DNA of 64,000 bases. Source: Octopus sinensis. Lineage: Eukaryota. The translations under genes were made by a program, and so were the position numbers. The stretch is taken from NCBI RefSeq assembly GCF_006345805.1, contig NC_042999.1:151404001-151468000 (forward strand), read 5' to 3'. The notes below the pieces were generated by a model. It was not told where the DNA came from, did not search any database, and saw only the letters and a list, made by a program, of their open reading frames with translations. Below are positions 51,672 to 63,745 of the stretch, piece after piece (the stretch's first letter is position 1; each line of letters opens with the position of its first letter).

Positions 51672-51836
51672 ATCAGAATGAACATTTAACATTCTACTAT
51701 TTTATTTTATTCTATTATATTATATTATCTTATAATATATCATTATAAGATTGTAAATAAAACGTGAAAATCAGACAAGGTTGGAATTCCTTTTATTAAT
51801 ATATTCTTCTATACACAATCACACACACCCATATAT

Positions 51837-51893
<57 letters not shown>

Positions 51894-53606
51894 CATATAT
51901 GTATATATGTATGTATATATGTACATGTATATATATATGTACATGTATATATATAAATGGCGGTGCCCCAGCATGGCCACAGCTCATGAGCTGAAACTAA
52001 AATCAATCAATCAATATATATATATATATGTATGTAGGGAGAGTTCACGGAAAAAACAAAAGACGAAGACAGGTGGTGTACAAAACAAACAGATGTATTA
52101 GTATAACGCTCAGGAATAGAAAAAGTCTTTAACGTTTCGAGCCTACGCTCTTCTACAGAAAGGGACACAAAAACAAGGAGAGAATATGCATATATATGTA
52201 CTGTATATATATATATGTATATGTATGTATGTATGTATGTACGTATGTGTGTATATGTATATATATATATATGTGTGTGTGTGTATGTATATATTGTTAT
52301 ATTTCGGAATGGCCATCTTGCCAGTTTAGCCAATAAAAGCACACGCACTATATATTTGGTGTTATTTTGCTTTAGTGTTATTTATTTTTTACATTCATCT
52401 TAATCTTATTTCGGCCAGAGTTCTTTTGTCACACTCATGTGACCGCATCCTGTTCGGTGTGTTTGTACAGAATCGATGAGCTCATTGATTCTGTACAAAC
52501 ACGCCGAACAGGAACACAGGGGATCAATCAACTCCGGTGTTTGTTTCCACGCCTTAAAGATTCCCAGTTAATCTCAATTTGTTGATTACAATCAATTTGG
52601 TGGTTACACGCCAGCTGTAGAAACACTGCCAGATCTGACTGGCCTGGTGCAGCCTTTGGGCTCCCCAGACCCCAGTTGAACCGTCCAACCCATGCTAGCA
52701 TGGAAAGCGGACGTTAAACAATGATGATGATGATGATGATGAGCATGCGCAGCATCTTTGGTTACTATGGAAACAGTTCTTCGCAAACAGCTTTGGAGTA
52801 CTTTGCTTACTATGCTAACAGAACTTCATAGTGATGTGTAAAATACTCGCTTCTGATTGGCTAAAATACCCACATTAAAAGGAAATTTTAAAAACTAATA
52901 ACTTTTTAATTGTTAATTTATAGGGAAAATGAATGGATCTTTTAGGTTTGAACGGCAGTTTTTAAAAATAATTTCCACGTAACTAAACACTTAAACTTCG
53001 TATACTGGTAGAATGTGTTTATAAAACATCTTTTATAAGATTTATAAAATCCTAGAGTGTATTGCAAACTTTCGTTTTTGAATTTTTAAACTAATAAATG
53101 TCAGTTTTAAGCAATGTTTTGACTAGCAAAGCCTATTGGTTTGCTTGTAGCTTTTAAATATTTAATTTGCTAGCAAATGCTTTAATGGTTTTTGCTCATG
53201 TATATTTTAATGTTTTGACTGTTATTACTAGCAAATCCTGTTGGTTAGCTCGTAGCTTTTAAATATTTAATTTGATCGCGAATGTTTTAATGTTTTTCAC
53301 TGTTTACTTTGCTCGTGTATATTTTTGTTATTAGCAAATCCTGTTGGTTTACTTGTAGCTTTTAAATATTTAATTTTCTCCCGAATGTTTTAATGCACAT
53401 CCAGCGAACCATAGTGGTTTCCTTTCTTTCAAGCCTACGCATGTCTGCGGCTGTCACAGCCCATGTTTCATTGCCGTGTAGCGTAACTGTTCACAAGCAT
53501 CATACAACCTGCCTTTCACTCTGAGGGAGAGGCCCTTTGTTGCCAGCAGAGGTAGGAACTCTCTGAACTTTTTTCACCTATTTTTATTCTCACAGCTAAG
53601 CTACTG

Positions 53607-54284
53607 ACCTAATAGGAAGGTCATCTGGTTTACGCCCCCTTACTCACCCGAGGTGGCCTTCAATATAGGTAAATATTTCCTGGCACTGATAGATAGACAT
53701 TTTCCAGTTAGCCATACTTATAGGAAACTCTTCAATAGACACAATTTAAAAATTAGTTTGAGTTCCACTACCAATTTTAAAAACATTATCAAACATAACA
53801 TACAAAAAACACAACAAGAAAACAGCTGTTCATGCAGGAATAAAGAATTGTGCCCGCTAAATGGAGCTTGCATGTCCAAGACCATCATATATGAAGCTAC
53901 CGTAAATTCTATAACCACTAAAGACACCATTTCGACAAAGAAATACGTGGGCCTTACAGAGGGTAACTTCAAGGCCAAGTTCAATAACCACACTTTGAGC
54001 TTTAGGCACTGGAACAAAAGAAAATCGACACAATTATCTAATCATATTTGGTCTTTAAGAGATAAAGGTGTCGATTATAACATACATTGGAAGATTTGGC
54101 CAGATGTAAGCCCTATACCAATGGCAGCGGAAGGTGCGGTCTATGCGACATGGAGAGATGGCTTATCTGGAAAAGCAGCTTAGACCCTACTACATGTCTA
54201 AACACAAGGACAGAACTTTTCGGATCATGCCCATATGTGACTAAATTTCTGTTACGTTTTTGGTCCCCTAAAGAAAACAGATAG
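53607..54284 (+). mobile_element. Penelope-like element (Neptune-like) 3' ORF fragment with GIY-YIG endonuclease
   Basis: RKVIWFTPPYS..NIGKYFLALIDRHFP, CSCRNKELCPLNGAC, IIYEATV..YVGLTEGNF, STQLSNHIWSL, CGLC..E, LN.RTELFGSC; one frameshift near 54086. Confidence 0.9.
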
Positions 54285-54467
54285 AACATGCTTTCTATGT
54301 TATGTCCCAAGAAGATTTTATATATTTTTATATATTTTTTATGTATTTTTATATAATATTTATGGCGAAAAATGCGAGCGATGTATAAGTACGCAGGCAA
54401 GCAGAGTTATAACACAGTAATTTCCCTTTGTATAACGGTATTTTTTCATAGCGTTTTCAAATAGCCA

Positions 54468-54525
54468 GATAACCGAAGAGATGTCGTGGATTCCCACTTC
54501 GGCATCTGAAACTCAGAGTTTTATC
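54468..54525 (+). ncRNA. Type I hammerhead-ribozyme-like motif downstream of the PLE ORF
   Basis: Stem I GAUAA/UUAUC; core CCGAAGA (U4C); stem II GAUGUCG/CGGCAUC; GAAA; stem III ACUC-A-GAGU; triplet GUU. Confidence 0.7.
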
Positions 54526-54631
54526 TTGACTATTGAGTAATGTAACATATTATTGTATAGATAAATTTCCTCTATTTACATAATATTGAGGTCTCTTTCT
54601 TTCTTTTGTTATCTTACCGTTTTACCAATAT

Positions 54632-54665
<34 letters not shown>

Positions 54666-54871
54666 ATACATATATATAGTACCAAGTGAGATAGGGGTTA
54701 TATTGTTTTATTCTGTCTTATTCTGTTTATTCTCTTATTCTGTTGGATTTGGATGTTCCTATTTAATCTAAATAATTAGTTAATAAATTATATGAATTGG
54801 TATTATCTGGAAGTTGATGATTGAAAGAAATCTATTTCTCCATTTTCTTATTTTGTATATATATGTATATA

Positions 54872-54923
<52 letters not shown>

Positions 54924-55507
54924 ATTGTTGTCCCTTTCTTTCTCTTTCTCTTTGATTCCTTGCCCCCTACCTTTTTTCTCTTTCTTCTTCCTTCCTCTCA
55001 CGTGACTGCTGTTCAACTGGTCCTTTCGCCTTTGACCACTGCCATGTTAACACTGTTGTCTTTGTCTGCTGCAAAGGCATTTTTTCAAAATACGCCAGCC
55101 AAGATAACTTAAATTGTCTGAAGTCATAAGACTCCCGCTGTCCTGTTATTACTATTCTTGTTTTTTATTTTTATTTTTTGTTTCTTGTATTTATATTCGT
55201 GTGGCATCGTCCGGTTTTCTATCCTTGTTTCGTATACATTCGATCCTTTTTCCAAGAAATCTAATGCTCGGAGCTTAGTTTTTCCTTGGGGCTGGCCAGA
55301 TCGGAGCGATATCAGGATTAATCAGCCGAAATTGCTAAGATGATCCGGTTCCTGACTGAAGATTAGAGGCTTCGAATGACCTGTCTGTTTTTTTGTGTCA
55401 TCTCTTTGTGTGGTTTGCGTTCTTGTCCCCTTTTGTAAATTTTATATATAATTTTTATACATATATATATATATACATCTATATATATATATGTATGTAT
55501 ATATGTG

Positions 55508-55562
<55 letters not shown>

Positions 55563-56314
55563 GACCAAAGTGTACGTACGCTGCTATATGTTTATATATA
55601 TAAAATATACAAAAATGGGACAAGGACGCAAAACATCCAGACAGTTAGGTGATACAAAAAAGGGACAACAAAACATCCAGACAGACGATACAAAGAAAAC
55701 AAGGATGGGTCATTCGGAGTTTTCTTTCCTCAGTCGAGTTCCAGATTATCTTTGCAATTTCGTCTGGTTATACTCAAGATTGCTCCAACCTGGCCAGCCC
55801 CAAGGAAAAACTAAGCTAAGAGCAATTAGATTCTTTGAAAGAAAGCAACGAATGTATACAAAAACAAGGACAGAACAAAACGGAGAAATGGTACAGAAAT
55901 ACAAATAACAGGACATTAACAACGGGTGTCTTTCGACTAAAGACGAATTAAATTAAGCTGACATGTGTGGAAGTAAAGCCTTATGGCAGGGACATAAGAT
56001 TTGACAGGCACAGGGAGGGATATAGATGTTGCATGAATCATAGTGGAACCAAGAAAGAAAGGTCATGCTTGACTGAACACTGGTCACATGTGGAGAGAAG
56101 AGAGAGAGGTAGAGGCAGAGGGATAGAAGAATTAAGGGGGTGCGAGAAAAATGAAAAGGACAGAGCAAAGTGAAAGAAGAGGGAAGGTGAACATGAAGAG
56201 AAGCCCAGGAAATGTGAGAGAGGGAGAACGAAGAGAGGAATGAAAGAAGTGTGAAGGGGCTGATAGAGAGAAGGAAAGAATCAAAGAATAGAAAGAATAA
56301 TAGAGTCGTACAAA

Positions 56315-56348
<34 letters not shown>

Positions 56349-57010
56349 GGAGTTTTCTTTCTTCAGTCGAGTTCCAGATTATCTTTGCAATTTCAGCTGG
56401 CAATTTCAGCTAATATATAATACCTGTACATCTGGCCAGCGTCTGGATGTTTTGTGTAATTGTCCCATTTTTGTATTATATATATATACATACTCTTTTA
56501 CTCTTTTACTTGTTTCAGTCATTTGACTGTGGCCATGCTGGAGCACCGCCTTTAGTCGAGCAAATCAACTTATTCTTTGTAAGCTTAGTATTTATTCTAT
56601 TGGTCTCTTTTGCCGAACCGCTAAATTATGGGGATGTAAACACACCAGCATCGGTTGTCAAGCGATACTGGGGGAACAAATACAAACATATACACACACA
56701 CATATATATATATACGACGGGCTTCTTTCAGTTTCCGTCTACCAAATCCACTCACAAGGCTTTGGTCGGCCCAAGGCTATAGTAGAAAACACTTGCCCAA
56801 GGTGCCACACAGTGGGACTGAACCCGGAACCATGTTGTTGGTAAGCAAGCTACTTACCACACAGCCACTCATATATATATATATATACAACAATAGAAAT
56901 TTTTTCGTTTGCCCTTGTTTATAAGTTGTTTATAATTTTAACCTTGAAAGGTATTTTTTAATATGCTGGTCATTGATAAAAATTTTTTTTTAAATTTTAT
57001 CCTACATTAA

Positions 57011-57051
<41 letters not shown>

Positions 57052-57626
57052 GAAATGAGGTAATCAGAAGATCAGATGGTTTATATTTACAGATATTTAT
57101 TTATATATTACATTTTTTACATATATATATCATATCACTTTAATCATTAGCGCTTTCTCCCATTCTAGTGGGGTTTTAAAATCAAAATAAGTTCCTTTGT
57201 GGGGAATTTTAATCATTTTATAGAGTTTCATAGTGGTGGGGAGGAATGTAAGACAGTACAAGAGGGTGCGGTGGATGAGGAGAAAGTGAGAGAGAGAACA
57301 TGTGTGTATGTGTTGTGTATGTGTGTGTGTGTGTGTGTTTGTATCTGAGGTGAGTGCTAAAGAGAAAGAGGGGAAGGGAGAGGGAAGAAGGAGGAAATAA
57401 TTTTTTTGGTCTGCTGGACAGAATATTGACTCCAAGGGGGTTCTAAGAATTTCAGCTTTGACCACTTCACAGTGTCACTGAGTGTGTGGTGGCGGGGAGG
57501 TAGGCCATAAATTATATTTCCTTTTATCATTGTGAGAATGGTCAAATGCTTTTTTGGGTTTAAGAACTCTTTCCACTTCTTATGATCGTGTTGTGGAGGT
57601 GTGTGTGTGTGTCCGTGTGTGTTTGC

Positions 57627-57659
<33 letters not shown>

Positions 57660-58328
57660 TGTCTGTGTGTCTGTGTGTTTGGAGAAGGGGAGAGAGACAA
57701 AAAATATAATATACATTATATTATTTTTATAATTTACTTCATCGTTACTTTTTAATTGTCACTTTAATTTTAACTTTCCTATGATATACAATTTTCAAGA
57801 TGGTGTAATTTAGTTGTTCATTTTGAACCGATAAAAGGGTTTTTTTCAAATATTTCATGTATAAGCATGTATATATATATAGTGGTATAAATATCAACAC
57901 AATTTTTTCCCCTTCCTTCCTTATTTTTCTTTTTCTATTTTTGTCTCTCTCCCCTTCTCCAAACACACAGACACATGCACACGCACATACACGCACACAC
58001 ACACACACACACACACATACACATACACATATGTTCTCTCTCTCACTTTCTCCTCATCCACCTCACCCTCTTGTACTGTCTTACAATCCTCCCCACCACT
58101 ATGAAACTCTATAAAATGAATAAAATTCCCCACAAAGGAACTTATTTTGATTTGAAAACCCCACTAGAATGGGAGAAAGCGCTAATGATCTAAATGATAT
58201 GATATATATGTAAAAAATATAATATATAAATATCTGTAAATATAAACCATCCGATCTTCTGATTACCTCATTTCTTCTAATATATAATACCTGTACATCA
58301 TCTCCAAACCTTCCAATATATATATATA

Positions 58329-58723
58329 CTAGCAGTATCGCCGGCGTTGCTCGGGTTTGTAAGGGAAAATCACTATATAAGCATTTTTAGAGAGTTATAG
58401 CCAAAAATAGGAAAAAAATGCATTAAAAATGGAAAAAAATTAAGGTGAATTTTTTTTTAAATCGTTGACACATCGTAGATATTTTTAGAGAGTTACTTCC
58501 CTTATATAAGAGCGAAAAAATGCATTAAAATGGAAAAATATGATGGTAAATTTTTTTTAAATCGTAGACTCATCGTAGACGCGCGCTAATACCCAGAAGG
58601 GCTCGATATGACTCACGACTATAAGATACCCGGTTTTGGTTAAACTGCACCGCAAAATGTGGGAGTAGTTAGGAATCTAAATCGTAGGAGACAGGCACAC
58701 AACTTCAGTTTTATATATAAAGA
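58329..58723 (-). mobile_element. Non-autonomous Helitron (second copy at 42165-42470)
   Basis: The - strand reads A|TC.. at the 5' end and CCCG-AGCAACGC-CGG hairpin..CTAG|T at the 3' end. Confidence 0.8.
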
Positions 58724-58835
58724 TATAAGTCACATAGTTATATACACATACTTTGTTATATACACATTCTTAAAAGAAAATGTTATTTTGAACACAACAT
58801 TTATAAAGAATAAAATATTTTTTGGTTTTTCTTAA

Positions 58836-59320
58836 CCCTTTCATTACTATATTTCTGACCAAAATACACCCCTTATGTGTTTCAATTAATTTCTAACGTA
58901 ATCATAAATTAGTCTGGTTTCATTAAACAACTATACTTTTTTATTTATGAATATATTAATCTGATTTTTGGAAGATAATTTAGTGAAATGTTCTCAACCA
59001 ATTCTATACTATAATTTTTGTCACAAAGTGACTCTAATTGCAGGTAGATACAGGTAAATTCAATAATATATAAAATTATTAAAATTTTGTTCAAACATCA
59101 CTATAGAAAATGGGTTATTAGCTAATATTCAATTGGGTATACAACAAAATTTTACGATAGAATTTGTTATTCTGGGTAACTTTCTGATACCCATAATAAT
59201 ATTTATGGCAAAATAGGCCTTAATTTCATTTAAGGTTGTGGGAAATAACAAACTATCCTTTCTTTCGTTTTGTTTACATTTTAGCGTAACAGTTCGTTTC
59301 CGCCGTAATGATTTCAAATA
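58836..59320 (-). mobile_element. piggyBac-like remnant with a transposase fragment
   Basis: TTAA|CCCTTT end at 58836; the - strand encodes PTTLNEIKAYFAINIIMGIRKLPR, resembling the piggyBac/PGBD N-terminal motif. Confidence 0.65.
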
Positions 59321-60106
59321 GGCTCATTCGAAAAAGTAAAAAGAAATAGTCTAAGGCTTTACTCTTCTGGGAAAGTCTGTGGCTTGGTCCAGTTTCTTCA
59401 GAAAAATCACCGAAAGAAACAGTTTTTAAATTTTCACTCCATTCAGGTACCAATTCATTTTCTTAATCGCTGTCGGATTCACTGTTTTCACTTTAATAGT
59501 TGCAAACTTGCAAAGAGAAAGGAGGAGAAGGGTGATAGCGTCAGTGAAACAGTTCGCTCCGTTTGTGTGTGTGTGCGTTTGCGTGTGCTGTAGCCTACAC
59601 TAAGTAAAACATTTGACATATACACCACAATGTGAGTTTTCTCTAAATTTTGCTTAATTGGGGTTGAAATTTTAAAAACTGGACCTGGCACGACCCGATG
59701 CATTCTACTCTTAAAAATGCTAGGTAAATTGTAATTGAAGAAATCCTATATTGTAGATTTGTATAAGATACAAAGGGAGGCAGATTAAATATGCCTTTTA
59801 TAATAAGAGATATATATATATTGGAAGGTCTGACTACACTGCATTGATAAGGGGCAACAACCCTGAAACGTCGTCTGTAGCTGTCTGACTGGCAGGATGA
59901 AGCGGCTGACCTCCCTGTTCGAAGGTTTATAATGGACGCAGTTTGTGTGTCCAATAGGTAGCTTAATGCGATGGCCTCATGGAGCTAATCAGCGACAGCT
60001 TTAGTCTTATATTTATAAGACTGCCATATTAGTATGGCGATAACTATTAATTTCCAGTAACGCTGTCGTGATCTCCTTTAGAGAGACTTAGTAATTTTAA
60101 TATTTC

Positions 60107-60252
<146 letters not shown>

Positions 60253-60254
60253 TA

Positions 60255-60286
<32 letters not shown>

Positions 60287-60598
60287 CATACATATATATA
60301 TATACATACATATATATATATACATATATATATATACATATATATATACATGTGTATATATATATATATTTATTTATATGTAAGGGCCTGAAATTTTGGG
60401 TGTGGAGGCTAGTCGATTACATATGCAATACAGCTGCTGTCAGTGAAGGCTATAATGATAATTTTGGGCTAAAAAATCCGTTGGCATAAAAGTCATATGC
60501 GGGTGTGAATGCAAGCTGAGATTTTATGACAATGGATTTTTAAAAATCAATACTGTATCAAATATTATATATATATATGTATATTATATATCAAATAT

Positions 60599-60653
<55 letters not shown>

Positions 60654-60979
60654 CATCATCATCGTTTAGCGTCTGCTTTCCATGCTAGCATGGGTTGAAC
60701 GGTTCAACTGAGGTCTGGGAAGCCAGAAGGCTGCACCAGGCCCAGTTTGATCTGGCAATGCTTCTATGGCAGGATGCCCTTCCTAACGCCAACCACTCCA
60801 TGAGTGTAGTGGGTGCTTTTTACGTGCCACCGACACAAGGCCAGTCAGGGTGGCGCTGGCAACGGCCACGTTCGGATGGTTCTCTTACGTGCCATCGGCA
60901 CTGGTAACTCAGCTGCTATTTCCATTGATCGATTCTTCCATTGATCGATTTTTCCATTGATCGATTATATATATATATA

Positions 60980-63706
60980 TCATCATCATCATCATCATCA
61001 TTTAAAGTCCGCTTTCCATGCTAGCATGGGTTGGACGATTTTGACTGAGGGCTGGCGAACCAGGCTCCAATCGTGATCTGGCAGAGTTTCTACAGCTGGA
61101 TGCCCTTCCTAACGCCAACCACTCCGAGATATATATATATATATCATCATCATCATCATCATCATCATTTAGCGTAGTGGGTCTTTTTACGTGCCACCGG
61201 CACAGGTGCCAGACAAGTCTGGCAAATGGCCACGGTTGGATGGTGCTTTCTACGTGCCACCGGCACGGAGGCCAGGCGAGGCTGGCAACGGCCACGATCG
61301 GATGGTGCTTTTTACGTGCCACTGGCACGGAAGCCAGTCAGGGCGGCACTGGCCACGTTTGGATGGTTCTCTTATGTGCCACCAGCACTGGTATCACAGC
61401 GACAATTTCCATTCATGTTGATCAATTTTGATTTTGATTTTTTCCATTTTTGATTTTTGACTTTTTGATTTGATTTGATTTTCACTTGCCTCAACAGGTC
61501 TTCACAAGTAGGGTTTTGTGTCCCAAGAAGGAAAGGTATGCATAAGTGGACTGAGGCCATGGGTGATGGTCTCACTTGTCCTGCCGGGTCTTCTCACGCA
61601 CAGCATACTTCCAAAGGTCTCGGTCTCTAGTCATTTCCTTGGTGAGACCTAAAGTTCGAAGGTCGTGCTTCACCACCTCGTCCCAGGTTTTCCTGGGTCT
61701 GCCTCTTCCACAGATCCCCTCAACAGCTAGGGTGTGGCACTTTTTCACACAACTATCTTCATCCATTCTCGCCACATGGCCATACCAGTGCAAACGTCCC
61801 TCTTGCACACCGCAACTGATGCTTCTTAGGTCCAACTTCTCTCTCAAGGTACTTACACTCTGTCGAGTATGAACACTGACATTACACATCCATTGGAGCA
61901 TACTGGCTTCATTTCTTGCGAGCTTACGCATATCCTCAGCAGTCACGGCCCATGTTTCACTGCCATGTAGCATGGCTGTTCGTACACAAGCATCATACAG
62001 TTTACCTTTTACTCTGAGCGAGAGGCCTTTTGTCCCTAGCAGAGGTAAGAGCTCTCTGAACTTTGCCCAAGCTATTCTTACTCTAGCAGTTACACTTTCA
62101 ACACACCCGCCCCCGCTACTGACTTGGTCACCTAGGTAACGGAAGCTATCAACTATTTCTAGTTTTTCTCCCTGGAAAGTGACGGAAGTTGGTCTCAGAG
62201 CATTTTCAGTGTTTATTGCTCCTGAGCATCTGCCACATACAAAAACTATCTTCCTAGTTAGCCTTCCCTTGACGTTACTGCACCTCTTGTGTGTCCATAG
62301 CTTACACTTGGTGCATCTTATAGCGTTTCTACCTACGCCTTTCCTACAGATCGAGCAAGGCCATCTACCTGAAGGCGTTTGTGACTTGTCTACCTTCCTA
62401 CTTATTAGGACTTTGGTTTTAGCTAGGTTGACTCTAAGGCCCTTCGATTCTAATCCTTGCTTCCACACCTGAAACTTCTCCTCCAGTTCTGATAGTGACT
62501 CAGCAATTAGAGCAAGGTCATCAGCATAGAGGAGCTCCCAGGGGCATCCTGTTTTGAATTCCTCCGTTATTGCCTGGTGGACTACGATAAATAGGAGGGG
62601 GCTGAGGGCTGAACCTTGGTGGACCCCTACCTCTACCCGGAATTCTTCACTGTACTCGTAGCCAACCCTCACCTTACTAGCAGCATCCCTGTAAATGGCT
62701 TGCACAGCTCTCACTAACCATTCATCTATCCCTAGTTTCCTCATTGACCACACAGTCTTGCAACACGAAATACCTCCAGTCTTTGGTCCTCACGGCGCAG
62801 AACATTGGCAAATTTTTTCTTATCTGCTTCTCCTCTGGCTAAATAAACCTGTCTCCTAGCTTCTCTTTTGGCAGTCTGATACAATTCCCTGCTACCCCCA
62901 TTTTTCCAGTCCTTCCAAGCCTGTCTCTTTTCTCTAATAGCCCTGTCTACAAAATTGTTCCACCACCACGTTATTCTAGGTCGAGAGGGGACTTTGCACC
63001 AGCCACAGATCTGGTCAGTGGCTCTCAGCAGGTTGTCCCTTAGAAACGTCCAGTTGTCTTCTACCCCCTGTGATGCTCTATCCCCTTCTACTTCGTCAAA
63101 GGCTTCAAGTAACATGTCTCTAAATCTCTGTCCATTTGCAGGGTCTTTAAGCTTCCAGATCCTTCTTCTCCATGTTGGTCATCTTCTGGTCGTCCTCTTA
63201 GTTCTGATCCTAAAGTCACTAACTACCAGTCTATGTTGTGGGGTACATTCTTCGCCTGGGAAGGTTTTGGCATTTATAAGCAGCCATCTTTCCCTTTTCC
63301 TGGTAAGGATGTAGTCAATTTGGCTGGTATGTCGACCCGATCGGTAGGTGACTAGGTGGCTGGTAGGTTTCCTGAAGTTAGTGTTGCAAACCATGAGATC
63401 ATTTGCGTCGCAGAACTCCAGGAGCCTGTTTCCCTCCTCGTTGCGGGAACCATAGCCATAGCCTCCATGTACACCATGGAAGCCCCCAGCATGTTTTCCA
63501 ACATGCCCATTGAAATCACCAGCCACAAAGAGAAGGTCTCTGTCGTTCGTCAACGAGGCAGTCTGCAGTAAGGCATCATAGAATTGGTCTTTCTGTCCAT
63601 CAGGTAGCCCTGGTTGAGGGGCATAGGCCGATATAATGGTTGCTAATCTATGATGAAGCACTATTCTAATCTTAAGTATTCTGTCACTTACTCTGATTAC
63701 CTCAGG

Positions 63707-63710
<4 letters not shown>
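60980..63710 (-). mobile_element. RTE-clade LINE, 5'-truncated, frameshifted and internally deleted, with its full 3' UTR and (GAT)n tail
   Basis: APE endonuclease motifs (SAYAPQ, GDFNGHVG, QIDYIL, QHRLVV); RT motifs (GVHQGSALSPLLF, LLYADDL); ORF ends LWKYAVREKTRQDK* at 61572; flanked by (TA)n at both ends. Confidence 0.95.

Positions 63711-63745
<35 letters not shown>

Larger units (their letters stand above)
46688..53605. repeat. Large inverted duplication: arms about 46688-48850 and 51315-53605, spacer about 2.5 kb
   Basis: Colinear reverse-complement match across RTE, MITE, SINE and pLTR-like pieces, with scattered SNPs and indels. Confidence 0.92.
49830..57005 (+). repeat. Direct duplication of about 630 bp (49830-50480 and 56330-57005)
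   Basis: Same composite in both: TTCGGAGTTTTCTTTCTTCAGTC piece, SINE A, and unique 3' flank ACAACAATAGAAATTTT..ATCCTACAT. Confidence 0.88.

Noticed and set aside
55340-55385. CTGAnGA-N10-CGAATGAC motif shared with 55700-55735(-), with partial matches at 49850 and 56350
   Set aside because: GAAA is replaced by GAAU and no consistent stems I or II form, so it cannot be called a ribozyme.
59832-59880. Hammerhead-like TTGATAA-GGGG..CCCT-GAAACGTC
   Set aside because: Two core mismatches and poor stem I pairing; at best a dead relic.
61190-61420. Repeat-spacer look of the GGTGGCACGTAAAAAGCACC units (CRISPR-like)
   Set aside because: Eukaryotic context with no cas genes; the spacers are homologous to each other and lie in a LINE 3' UTR.
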